A stretch of DNA of 64,000 nt from an uncultured Flavobacteriales bacterium (GTDB lineage: Bacteria; Bacteroidota; Bacteroidia; Flavobacteriales; BACL11), in assembly GCA_905478185.1 (NCBI GenBank), contig CAJQHO010000013.1, positions 9,666-73,665 on the forward strand, read 5' to 3'. A program made the position numbers and the translations under genes. The notes under the pieces are model-generated. The model saw only the letters and a program-made list of their open reading frames with translations, made no database searches and was not told the origin of the DNA. This document shows, one piece after another, positions 10,322 through 19,604 of the stretch (its first letter is position 1; each line of letters begins with the position of its first letter).

Positions 10322-10697
10322 ATTTAATGTCTTTAATGACCGCCCCCATACTACAAGATCCAGTAAATGAAGCCCCTGGCTCAATTGATAGTTTATTAGT
10401 GATAATATCACCATTTAATTTAGCAGTAGATTTTAAAGACAATAATTGTGCTACTGAAATTTTTGCTTTAATTGTTCCAGAAACATCTGCATCCGTACAA
10501 ACAACATCACCCTCAATAACACCATCTTTTCCTAAAACAACCTTACCAGAAGTGTTAACGGACCCTTTTAAAGTGCCATCAACTCTAATATCGCCTTTTG
10601 ACTGAATATCACCTGTAATTACAGTCCCTGCACCAATCATATTTATTGCAGCAGTTGTTTCTGTATTTTTCATATCTTCATTTTTATTTGTAAACAT
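10284..10697 (-). CDS. Bactofilin (polymer-forming cytoskeletal protein, DUF583)
   Basis: 137 aa. Repetitive beta-helix pattern: G.VI.GDI...GDIRVDG.LKG.V...GKVVLGK.G.IEGDV.C....V.G.I. Confidence 0.88.
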   Translation of the reverse strand: MFTNKNEDMKNTETTAAINMIGAGTVITGDIQSKGDIRVDGTLKGSVNTSGKVVLGKDGVIEGDVVCTDADVSGTIKAKISVAQLLSLKSTAKLNGDIITNKLSIEPGASFTGSCSMGAVIKDIKYAEKQEKKEKTA

Positions 10698-10743
10698 ATT
10701 TCTAGATTTTAAGTACGCAAAATTACTAAATTCTTTTTATTCT

Positions 10744-13332
10744 TTATTCAATCGTTAAATAATTCTTTTTAAAGAAGTTGTGATAACCATACTCATCCTT
10801 ATTTTTATAAAATTCTTGGAAATTCTCAAAAGAAATTGCCATCACCTTGTGTTCTGATTTGTTAAGTTCTTTTAAGATGCTTTCTTCCAAAACAAACATT
10901 TCATGATATACCATAACATCAGAAGTATTGTCAAAAGCTTTTATCATTAGCAAATGTTTATCCATCCCTAAAAGTAATGCGCTTATTTCAAACACTTCAT
11001 TTTCAAAATCCTGTGAGTGATAATCGGAAATAAGGGTTTTTAAATAAGTTATATCAACAGCTCCTTTTGGTATTATAATAATTATCATTTGAGGTAAGAT
11101 GCTTCTGTATAAATAAGGAGAGCCAGCAATAGCCAATTCATTAGCTTTTTCCATTTTAGAAGGATCATTAAGAGCGTCCAAAATATGTTGAGCTTCTTTA
11201 ACTATTTTTTCATCTGCATCAAGAGAAATAAGTTTGTTTAATATTTCTGTTCCTCTATCAAACTCATCTTTATTTAAAAATGATAAAGCTCTTAAAAATA
11301 AATATTTTGATTGATACTCGTTTTCTAAAATTACAGTTGTTTTGTCTATTACCTGTTGATATTCTTCCAAAGAATAATTTGCAAAAACTGCCCTATAGTC
11401 CAATTCTTTTTTAGCTAATTTATTGGTTGCCTCTAGTTTAAAATCAGGATTTGTAAGCATTTGAGCATAAATGCTTTTTGGAAACCTTTCAAGTAATACT
11501 TGTTTTGAGTTTTGAGCTTCTAATTTATTGTCAATATCTGTGTGGTTTAAATAAATACTGTAGCAAGAAAGTGGTGCGTACTGTTCGTCATCAGAAAACC
11601 TAGCGTATAAGGCTGAAAAAACTTCAGTGCTTTTAGTAATTTCTTCTAAATCTTCTTTATAAATTGTTCCTACTTGGAATAATGCTTCTTTAATTTGGGT
11701 ATCAGAAAGTTCAAAATCTTCAATTGAAGATGGCAGTTGATCTAAATAAAATTTTGGATTTTTTTTGTTTTTTGTCGCTATTGCTGAAGAATCAATTGCT
11801 GAAGAATCAACCTCAAAACTAGAAGTTATTTTTTTATCCTTTCTTCTCCAATCATCTTCTAACTTTCTTTTGCCCCATTTTTTTCTAAATTCTGACATCC
11901 CAAAACTTAATGTTGCTGGGTTGTAAAAATACCATTTTCCTCCAGAGGTGTTGTTTCCAAACTGATCTTCTCTTCCTCCGTTTCTTCCATTTTGATAGGA
12001 CATTTGCTGTCTTAACCTTTCGTTTTCTGCTTCTTCTCGTTCTTTTTCAACTTCAGCCTGTATAATTTGAGTTATCATTTGGTTCTTCTCAGCTTTTGGA
12101 AGCATTGCAATCATTTGCAAACTATCTTGCAATTCAATAACATCTAAATTATTTATAAGTTCGGAAAGTATCTCATGCTTTTCGCTAGCGTCTTCATACA
12201 TTCTAAAATCAGAATCCATATAAAATAAGGTGCTATCATAATATATTTTTGATGACCTGTAAAGCGACCTCTCAAACTCAATAACACCAAGCTTTAAAAA
12301 TGATATTGCTTTTTGAGAATTATTTTGAATGCTATTTACAGCAGATAATGTGTAATTTTCAATTGCAGAAATTGTGTCCTTGTTATTTATATCCATTTCT
12401 GCTAAAGTAAAGTAGATTTGATCAAGATACTCTTTATTTTTATCGTCCTTAGTCATTTTAAGGAGTTTTTCCTTCATCTTTTTGCTATCCTTATTTCCGA
12501 TTTCTAATGATCTTGCTAAATTCATTTTTGCATTAAAAGTCATCACATATTCAGGATTTGATTTTAATACGAGTTTGTAATATTTTTGAGCTTGTTTATG
12601 GTTTTTGTCTTGCTGATAAAGCTGAGCTAATATATAATAGTACCTTGCTTTTTTACGCTTTCTTTTAATTAGTTGAGTAGCATTAGTGAGCTCAGTAACT
12701 GCTTGTGAATAATCGCCTCTTTGTATGTAATAATCAGAAGCCACAATTGCCAACTTTTTTTCTAGCTTATCAGGAAATCTTTTATTGCTCATGAGTTCGT
12801 CAAGCTCAGATTTAGCAGAAGAGAAATCACCTTTTTCAACAAATGAACGAATAAGCCAAAGAGATGATTTATAAATTATCTCATTCTTTTTATATTCATT
12901 ATTTATAAAACTAAATGTTTTGATTGCTTCATCAAATTCACCCTTATAAAAATAGGATTTCCCAACCATAAAATAGTTGTCATCAATCCATTTGCAATAC
13001 TCTTTTCCTTTTATTTTCATGGAATGCCTTTGAATCACAATTGATCCTTTTTTAATGGCTTTATCCATATAAGAATGTGTTTTTTTAGATTTTTTCAAAT
13101 CTCCTGTTGGGTAGACAGAAAGAATGTCTGTAAAATCATCAATATGTTTTGCGTGCAGTTTTTTTACACCCAATCTCACACTTTCATTTCCATTAAAGTG
13201 CCCGTTAAATTTTGCGGTTGTATTATGATATTGCCTGTTGACCCAAGATTTTTTCTTTGTAGAGCAAGAGGAAATTACAAGCAAAATTGAAAGTAAAATT
13301 ACTCTCTTTATATGATGTGTTCTTAGCTTCAT
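10744..13332 (-). CDS. sprE: T9SS periplasmic lipoprotein PorW/SprE-like (TPR-containing)
   Basis: 862 aa with lipoprotein signal LLVISSCST. The N-terminus WVNRQYHNTTAKFNGHFNGNE resembles the conserved PorW/SprE start as I remember it. Several TPR-like repeats and a length near 870 aa also fit. Confidence 0.65.
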   Translation of the reverse strand: MKLRTHHIKRVILLSILLVISSCSTKKKSWVNRQYHNTTAKFNGHFNGNESVRLGVKKLHAKHIDDFTDILSVYPTGDLKKSKKTHSYMDKAIKKGSIVIQRHSMKIKGKEYCKWIDDNYFMVGKSYFYKGEFDEAIKTFSFINNEYKKNEIIYKSSLWLIRSFVEKGDFSSAKSELDELMSNKRFPDKLEKKLAIVASDYYIQRGDYSQAVTELTNATQLIKRKRKKARYYYILAQLYQQDKNHKQAQKYYKLVLKSNPEYVMTFNAKMNLARSLEIGNKDSKKMKEKLLKMTKDDKNKEYLDQIYFTLAEMDINNKDTISAIENYTLSAVNSIQNNSQKAISFLKLGVIEFERSLYRSSKIYYDSTLFYMDSDFRMYEDASEKHEILSELINNLDVIELQDSLQMIAMLPKAEKNQMITQIIQAEVEKEREEAENERLRQQMSYQNGRNGGREDQFGNNTSGGKWYFYNPATLSFGMSEFRKKWGKRKLEDDWRRKDKKITSSFEVDSSAIDSSAIATKNKKNPKFYLDQLPSSIEDFELSDTQIKEALFQVGTIYKEDLEEITKSTEVFSALYARFSDDEQYAPLSCYSIYLNHTDIDNKLEAQNSKQVLLERFPKSIYAQMLTNPDFKLEATNKLAKKELDYRAVFANYSLEEYQQVIDKTTVILENEYQSKYLFLRALSFLNKDEFDRGTEILNKLISLDADEKIVKEAQHILDALNDPSKMEKANELAIAGSPYLYRSILPQMIIIIIPKGAVDITYLKTLISDYHSQDFENEVFEISALLLGMDKHLLMIKAFDNTSDVMVYHEMFVLEESILKELNKSEHKVMAISFENFQEFYKNKDEYGYHNFFKKNYLTIE

Positions 13333-13345
13333 TCTGCTTATAAAC

Positions 13346-13353
13346 TACTTTTG
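13346..13353 (+). promoter_or_regulatory. -7 promoter box (TACTTTTG) for the M23-GH3-dxr-rseP gene string
   Basis: Exact TAnnTTTG match, 72 nt upstream of the ATG at 13426. Confidence 0.4.
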
Positions 13354-13425
13354 TTTAAATTTATTTTATGGCAATTTGTAAAATTCACGCAAATATGCTC
13401 ATATTTTTATGATATTTGCAAACTT

Positions 13426-14280
13426 ATGCAAGATAAAGAAGGTTTAAATAATTTCTGGAAAAAACTGCTACATAAATACCGTTTTGTAATAATTACAGAT
13501 GATTCTTTTGAAGAGAAATTGTCTGTAAAATTAAACAGATTAAATATATTTGCTTTTGCTGGTATTTTTGTTTTTATCTGCTTTTTTAGCGCATTATTAC
13601 TTATTGCTTACACACCTTTAAAAGAATATGTTCCAGGGAAATCTACAACTGAAGTTCAAAAAAGTTTAATTGAATTAAACATTAAAACCGATTCATTAGA
13701 AAGAGCTTTAAACAGTAAGGAAATTTATCTGCAGAACATAACTAATATTATAAATGGAGATGAGTTAATTACACCTAAAAATACAGAAGATATTTTAAGT
13801 TCTGAAAAAGAGATTTTTTTTGAAAAATCAATTGAAGATTCTCTTTTAAGAGTAAAGGTAGAGACTGAAGACAAAAGCTCTATTACTTTTAATAAAGACA
13901 AAAACAATGAGTTTTTAATGTTTTACCCTCCATTAGGTGGAATAATAACAGATAAATTTAACAATAAAACTAGGCATTTTGGGGTCGATTTAGTGGCCAA
14001 GGAAAAATCAAGAATTGCCACAGTTTTAGAGGGGACAATAATTGTTAGCCACTGGACTTCTGAAACTGGTTATGTAATTGGAGTGCAACATAAAAATGAT
14101 TTTATCTCTCTTTATAAGCATAATTCGGTTTTATTAAAAGAGGTTGGGGATTTTGTAAATGCTGGCGATCATATTGCAATAATTGGGAATTCTGGAGAGC
14201 TTTCAACTGGGCCACATTTACATTTTGAACTTTGGCACAAAGGAATTCCTGTAAACCCAGAAAATTACATTTCATTTTAA
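13426..14280 (+). CDS. M23 family metallopeptidase (LytM-type), membrane anchored
   Basis: C-terminal HFGVDL...GNSGELSTGPHLHFELW matches the HxxxD / HxH M23 signature, with one TM helix near the N-terminus. Start moved from the track's TTG (13351) to the first ATG (MQDKEG...). Confidence 0.88.
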   Translation: MQDKEGLNNFWKKLLHKYRFVIITDDSFEEKLSVKLNRLNIFAFAGIFVFICFFSALLLIAYTPLKEYVPGKSTTEVQKSLIELNIKTDSLERALNSKEIYLQNITNIINGDELITPKNTEDILSSEKEIFFEKSIEDSLLRVKVETEDKSSITFNKDKNNEFLMFYPPLGGIITDKFNNKTRHFGVDLVAKEKSRIATVLEGTIIVSHWTSETGYVIGVQHKNDFISLYKHNSVLLKEVGDFVNAGDHIAIIGNSGELSTGPHLHFELWHKGIPVNPENYISF

Positions 14281-14281
14281 G

Positions 14282-15769
14282 ATGAGTATTAAAGCATCAT
14301 TAAGTTTGCCTTTTGCTAAATTTATTGTTACCAAAAACAGTAAGTGGAAAAAAAATGCTGTAAAAGTTCAGCAAAAACTAATGTTTGAATTAATTGAACA
14401 GGCAAAAAAAACAAAATTCGGAAGGGAGCATAATTTCTCGGAAATTAGAAATTATTCTAATTTTAAAATGCAAATCCCAATTAGAGATTATGAAGGTTTA
14501 AAAGGGTATGTAAAGCTAATAATTGACGGAGAAAAAGACATTCTTTGGCCTGGGAAACCACTTTATTTTTGCAAAACATCAGGAACTACATCAGGAGAAA
14601 AATACATTCCAATTTCCAAGGAAAGTATGCCTAATCACATTACAGCTGCTCGTGATGCAATTCTGAGTTATGTTGCTGAAACAAAAAACACATCTATAGT
14701 AAATGGGAAGATGATATTCTTACAAGGAAGTCCAGAACTTACAAAAACGGGAGATATTTTAACGGGGAGACTTTCTGGTATTGTTGCGCACCATGTACCC
14801 GCTTATTTAACAAAAAACCGCTTGCCTTCTTTTGAAACAAATTGTATTGAAAATTGGGAGATGAAAGTTGATGCAATAGTTGATGAAACTCTTCCTGAAA
14901 ATATGAGTTTAATCTCTGGAATTCCTCCTTGGGTGCAAATGTATTTTGAAAAATTACAAAAAAAAACAGAGAAACTCATAAAAGATATTTTTCCAAATTT
15001 TGACCTTTTTATTTATGGTGGCGTAAATTACGAACCCTACCGTAAGTCCTTTGAAAAATTGATTGGAAAACAAGTTGATGGTATAGAGTTATATCCTGCT
15101 TCAGAAGGTTTTATTGCTTATCAAGATTCACAAACAGAAGAAGGGATGTTGTTGTGTGTAAATCATGGAATATTTTATGAATTTATACCATCAGAAGAAT
15201 TTTTTAATAAAAATCCAACAAGAATCTCTCTAGAAGATGTGGAAGTTGGGGTGAATTATGTAATTATTTTAAATACGAATGCTGGACTTTGGGGGTATAA
15301 TATTGGGGACACTATTAAATTTGTTTCTATAAATCCTTATAGAATTATTGTAAGTGGCAGGATAAAACATTTCACCTCAGCTTTTGGAGAGCATGTTATA
15401 GCTGAGGAAGTTGAGAAATCATTAAAAGAAACGATAGAAATACTAACTTCAGAGGTAAATGAATTTCATGTTGCTCCTCAGGTAAACCCAGAAGAAGGGC
15501 TGCCTTATCATGAGTGGTTGATTGAATTTGAAAAAGAGCCGGAAGATTTAAATCAGTTTGGTGGTGAAATTGATAAAACTCTTCAAAAATATAATTCTTA
15601 CTACAAAGATTTAATTACTGGTGGAATTCTGAATCCTTTAAAAATAACTCCTATTTCTAAAAATGGATTTAGAGAATACATGAAGTCAATAGGAAAACTT
15701 GGGGGACAAAACAAAGTGCCCAGACTAGCCAATGATAGAAAAATTGCAGATAAATTAACAGCATTTTAA
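14282..15769 (+). CDS. GH3 family (auxin-responsive GH3-like) adenylate-forming enzyme homologue
   Basis: 495 aa. KFGREHNF..I......F....PIRDYE.L..Y and YFCKTSGTTSGEKYIPIS (the adenylation P-loop-like motif of the GH3/ANL superfamily). The length is typical of bacterial GH3 homologues. Confidence 0.8.
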   Translation: MSIKASLSLPFAKFIVTKNSKWKKNAVKVQQKLMFELIEQAKKTKFGREHNFSEIRNYSNFKMQIPIRDYEGLKGYVKLIIDGEKDILWPGKPLYFCKTSGTTSGEKYIPISKESMPNHITAARDAILSYVAETKNTSIVNGKMIFLQGSPELTKTGDILTGRLSGIVAHHVPAYLTKNRLPSFETNCIENWEMKVDAIVDETLPENMSLISGIPPWVQMYFEKLQKKTEKLIKDIFPNFDLFIYGGVNYEPYRKSFEKLIGKQVDGIELYPASEGFIAYQDSQTEEGMLLCVNHGIFYEFIPSEEFFNKNPTRISLEDVEVGVNYVIILNTNAGLWGYNIGDTIKFVSINPYRIIVSGRIKHFTSAFGEHVIAEEVEKSLKETIEILTSEVNEFHVAPQVNPEEGLPYHEWLIEFEKEPEDLNQFGGEIDKTLQKYNSYYKDLITGGILNPLKITPISKNGFREYMKSIGKLGGQNKVPRLANDRKIADKLTAF

Positions 15770-16926
15770 TGGAACAAAAGAAAAAACAAATAGCAATTTT
15801 AGGTTCAACTGGTTCAATAGGAACGCAAGCTTTAGAGGTTATAAACGAACATTCTGATTTGTTTGAAGTGGAAGTCTTAACCGCAAATAACAATAGTGCT
15901 CTATTAATAGAGCAAGCAAAAAAATTCAAACCAAATACTGTAGTAATTACTAATGAAGATAAATACAAGGAGGTTGATGCTGCTCTTTTTGATTTAGGGA
16001 TAAAAGTTTTTGCTGGCGCTCAATCGTTAGAAGAAGTTGTTGAGGGAGAAAATATTGATATTGTATTAACAGCCTTGGTGGGTTATTCGGGATTAAAACC
16101 AACTATTAGAGCGATAAAAGCTAAGAAGAATATTGCTTTAGCCAATAAGGAAACTTTGGTTGTTGCTGGAGATTTAATCACCAAACTATGCCAAGAATAT
16201 AATGTTCAGATTTATCCAGTAGACTCTGAACATTCTGCAATATTTCAATGTTTAGTTGGTGAGGCTTATAATCCTACTGAAAAAATATATTTAACAGCTT
16301 CTGGTGGCCCTTTTAGGGGTTGGGCAAAAGAAAAACTACAAAACATCAAAAAAGAGCAAGCACTAAAGCATCCTAATTGGGAAATGGGTGCAAAAATTAC
16401 AATTGATAGCGCAACCTTAATGAATAAAGGTTTGGAGGTTATTGAGGCAAAATGGTTGTTTGATTTAAAAGCCGAGCAAATTGAAGTTGTGGTTCACCCT
16501 CAATCAATTATTCATTCGGCCGTGCAGTTTGAGGATGGTTCTATAAAAGCACAATTAGGAATTCCCGACATGAAACTACCAATACAATATGCGCTTGGAT
16601 TTCCTGAAAGGTTGAAAAATACTTTTAAGCGTTTCAATTTTATGGATTACCCAAATTTAACTTTTGAAAAACCAGATGCCAAAACTTTCAGAAACCTTCA
16701 ATTAGCTTATGATGCTATGGAAAAAGGAGGAAATATGCCGTGTATTTTGAATGCTGCAAACGAAATTGCAGTAGCTTCATTTTTGCAAGATAAAATTGGT
16801 TTTTTAAATATGTCAGATTTAATTGCAGATTGTATGGAAAGAATTACTTTTGTTGCCAATCCAACTTTGGAAGATTATATCGCTACTGATGAAGCAACAA
16901 GAAAATTAGCTAACGAACTATTATAG
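15769..16926 (+). CDS. dxr: 1-deoxy-D-xylulose-5-phosphate reductoisomerase
   Basis: 385 aa with ILGSTGSIGTQAL, LANKETLV, PVDSEHSAIFQCL, HPNWEMGAKITIDSATLMNKGLEVIEA. Its ATG overlaps the GH3 stop (TAATG). Confidence 0.97.
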   Translation: MEQKKKQIAILGSTGSIGTQALEVINEHSDLFEVEVLTANNNSALLIEQAKKFKPNTVVITNEDKYKEVDAALFDLGIKVFAGAQSLEEVVEGENIDIVLTALVGYSGLKPTIRAIKAKKNIALANKETLVVAGDLITKLCQEYNVQIYPVDSEHSAIFQCLVGEAYNPTEKIYLTASGGPFRGWAKEKLQNIKKEQALKHPNWEMGAKITIDSATLMNKGLEVIEAKWLFDLKAEQIEVVVHPQSIIHSAVQFEDGSIKAQLGIPDMKLPIQYALGFPERLKNTFKRFNFMDYPNLTFEKPDAKTFRNLQLAYDAMEKGGNMPCILNAANEIAVASFLQDKIGFLNMSDLIADCMERITFVANPTLEDYIATDEATRKLANELL

Positions 16927-18264
16927 ATGGAATTTTTAATAAAAGCTGCTCAACTCTTAATGAGTTTATCAATACTAGTAGTACTACATGAGTTGGGGCA
17001 TTTTATACCCGCAAAATTATTTAAAACAAGAGTAGAGAAATTCTACTTGTTTTTTGACCCTTGGTTTTCGGTTGTAAAAAAGAAAATTGGCGATACTGAA
17101 TATGGAATTGGTTGGCTCCCACTTGGTGGATATGTAAAAATATCAGGAATGATTGATGAAAGTATGGATAAGGAGCAGATGGAAAAGCCTGCTGAACCTT
17201 GGGAGTTTAGAGCAAAACCAGCTTGGCAAAGGCTAATCATTATGCTGGGTGGGGTTACTGTAAATTTATTGCTAGGTATTTTTATTTATTCTATGACTTT
17301 GTTTGTTTATGGAGATAAGTATTTACCAAACGAAAATTTGGTTGATGGGGTTTGGATGGTTAGTGATATGGCAACCGATCTTGGTTTTGAAAATGGGGAT
17401 AAATTTGTGACTGCTGATGGAGAAAAAATAGAGCGTTTCTCTGATGTTTTAGAGAAAGTTATTATTTCCAAAACAATAACGGTTGAAAGAAATGGAGTTG
17501 CTACTGATATCACCATGCCAATTGATGTGATTGATCAATTTTTAAATAATGGAAATCAACAATTATTTTACCCAAGAATACCTACAGTTGTTAGTGGTTT
17601 TTCGGAAAATTCTAATGCAAAAAAGGCTGGGTTAAAAAAGAAAGATATTCTGGTTGCAATAAATGGAGTTTCATTAACTTATTATGATGAGTTTAAAGAT
17701 GAATTAGCAAACTATAAATCAGAAGAAATTATAGTTTTAGTTGATAGAGGTGGTGAAGAATTAACTATAAATGTAAATGTAAATGAGGATGGAATGCTTG
17801 GGTTTAAACCTGCCAACCTTTCACTAAAACAACTTGAGGAGTTAGAACTTTATACTCTTGCTTCTCATAAATATGGATTTGCCGCATCTTTCCCTGCGGG
17901 CTATAATAAAGCAATAAAAAAACTAAGTTCATATATCGATCAATTTATGTTGATTTTATCCCCAAGTACAGGGGCTTATAAAGGAATGGGTGGTTTTGGG
18001 GCAATTGGTTCTATGTTCCCAGCAACATGGAATTGGGAGGTGTTTTGGAATTTAACGGCTTTCTTGTCTTTAATGTTAGCGTTTATGAATGTATTACCTA
18101 TTCCCGCCTTAGATGGTGGGCATGTTGTATTCTTGCTTTACGAAATGATAGTGGGTAAGCCCGCTCCTGAAAAAGTAATGGAAAATGCTCAAGTGGTTGG
18201 AATGATAATGCTGTTAAGTTTACTTGTTTTTGCAAATGGTAATGATGTTTTAAGACTCTTTTAA
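16927..18264 (+). CDS. rseP: RIP (site-2) zinc metalloprotease RseP
   Basis: 445 aa with HELGHF near the N-terminus, a PDZ region (AKKAGLKKKDILVAINGV), and C-terminal NVLPIPALDGGHV. Confidence 0.93.
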   Translation: MEFLIKAAQLLMSLSILVVLHELGHFIPAKLFKTRVEKFYLFFDPWFSVVKKKIGDTEYGIGWLPLGGYVKISGMIDESMDKEQMEKPAEPWEFRAKPAWQRLIIMLGGVTVNLLLGIFIYSMTLFVYGDKYLPNENLVDGVWMVSDMATDLGFENGDKFVTADGEKIERFSDVLEKVIISKTITVERNGVATDITMPIDVIDQFLNNGNQQLFYPRIPTVVSGFSENSNAKKAGLKKKDILVAINGVSLTYYDEFKDELANYKSEEIIVLVDRGGEELTINVNVNEDGMLGFKPANLSLKQLEELELYTLASHKYGFAASFPAGYNKAIKKLSSYIDQFMLILSPSTGAYKGMGGFGAIGSMFPATWNWEVFWNLTAFLSLMLAFMNVLPIPALDGGHVVFLLYEMIVGKPAPEKVMENAQVVGMIMLLSLLVFANGNDVLRLF

Positions 18265-18265
18265 A

Positions 18266-19534
18266 TTGTTGGAAGCGATAACTACATATCATTTAATAAT
18301 TATCTTTTCGGTAACGATTATTATTTCTTATTTCTTTAATTTATATGCTAAAAAATCAGGAATACCTGCTGTTTTACTACTAATAGGATTGGGAATTGGA
18401 ATAAATTATGTTTTGCGTTTTTCAGGGTTTCCAAAACCAGATTTACTACCTATTTTAGAGGTTTTAGGTGTGGTTGGATTAATCTTAATTGTGTTGGAGG
18501 CAGCTTTAGATTTACAACTTTTAAAGGAAAAAGTTGGACTCATAATTAAATCATTTTTAGTTGCTCTTATCGGTTTGGCTGGTACTGCTTATTTAGCTGC
18601 TTTAGCACTCAACTATTTAATGGAAGTTGAGGTGTTGAACGCACTGCTTTATACTATTCCGCTTTCTATTTTAAGTTCGGCTATCATCTTACCAAGTATT
18701 GATGATTTAGATGAAGACAAGCGTGATTTCATGATTTATGAAAGTACTTTTTCAGATATTGTTGGGATAATTGGTTTTTATAGTGTATTGACTATGGTGG
18801 GGTCTGGTTCTAACGAAAGTGTGTATGGTGAGGTTTTTGGCAACTTAGCTTTAACTGTAGTTTTCTCAATTATTATTTCTTACATACTTATATATGTGTT
18901 CCAAAACATAAAAGGACATGTAAAGTTGTTTTTACTAATTGCAATCTTACTTCTGCTTTATGCTGTTGGTAAAATGTTCCACTTATCTTCTTTAATTATC
19001 ATTCTTATTTTTGGTATGATACTAAACAATTACAAAGTGTTTTTCAGAGGAGGTTTAATGAGGTTATTGAATAAAGAAAAAGTAGAGGAAGTGCTGAATG
19101 ACATGAGGGTGGTAACTGCTGAAACTGCTTTTGTGGTGAGGACTTTCTTTTTTATTATCTTTGGTTGGTCGGTATATTTGGGCTCCCTTTTAAGTTTTAA
19201 GGTTATTGGAATTGGCTTAGTTATTTTGTTTATAATCTATTTAGTTAGGGCTATAACACTCTTTATTTTTAACGGAAAAAACATTGTTACTCAACTTTTT
19301 TTAGCTCCAAGAGGATTGATAACCATACTCCTGTTTTTTGCCATTCCTGAAGAGTTATCAATTGGGCCTGAGTTTCAAGGAGTGTTACTATTTGTGATTT
19401 TGGTAAGTTGCCTTGTGATGACATGGTCCTTAATTTCCTATAAAAACAAACTCGCTCAAATTGGGGAATATGAAGATGAGGAATTGTTGGGGGAAAAAGA
19501 AATTGAGGAGAAAGAAAGTGAAGCCAAGGAATAA
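18266..19534 (+). CDS. Cation:proton antiporter (Na+/H+ exchanger family)
   Basis: 422 aa, about 11-12 TM helices with an acidic C-terminal tail. TTG start as given in the track. Confidence 0.8.
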   Translation: MLEAITTYHLIIIFSVTIIISYFFNLYAKKSGIPAVLLLIGLGIGINYVLRFSGFPKPDLLPILEVLGVVGLILIVLEAALDLQLLKEKVGLIIKSFLVALIGLAGTAYLAALALNYLMEVEVLNALLYTIPLSILSSAIILPSIDDLDEDKRDFMIYESTFSDIVGIIGFYSVLTMVGSGSNESVYGEVFGNLALTVVFSIIISYILIYVFQNIKGHVKLFLLIAILLLLYAVGKMFHLSSLIIILIFGMILNNYKVFFRGGLMRLLNKEKVEEVLNDMRVVTAETAFVVRTFFFIIFGWSVYLGSLLSFKVIGIGLVILFIIYLVRAITLFIFNGKNIVTQLFLAPRGLITILLFFAIPEELSIGPEFQGVLLFVILVSCLVMTWSLISYKNKLAQIGEYEDEELLGEKEIEEKESEAKE

Positions 19535-19568
19535 CAAAGCATATCAAATCATAGCTCATCTTTTTTTC

Positions 19569-19576
19569 TACTTTTG
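19569..19576 (+). promoter_or_regulatory. -7 promoter box (TACTTTTG) upstream of the aldehyde dehydrogenase gene
   Basis: Exact TAnnTTTG match, 28 nt before the ATG at 19605. Confidence 0.45.
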
Positions 19577-19604
19577 CACTCTCATTTTATAAAAATAAAT
19601 TACA

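Noticed and set aside
13351-13425. N-terminal extensions proposed by the ORF track: 13351 TTG, 21186 GTG, 44130, 56746, 60864 and 60999
   Set aside because: In each case an internal ATG gives a proper signal peptide, lipobox or conserved N-terminus. The extension either overlaps the upstream gene, a terminator hairpin or a -7 promoter box, or encodes implausible sequence.
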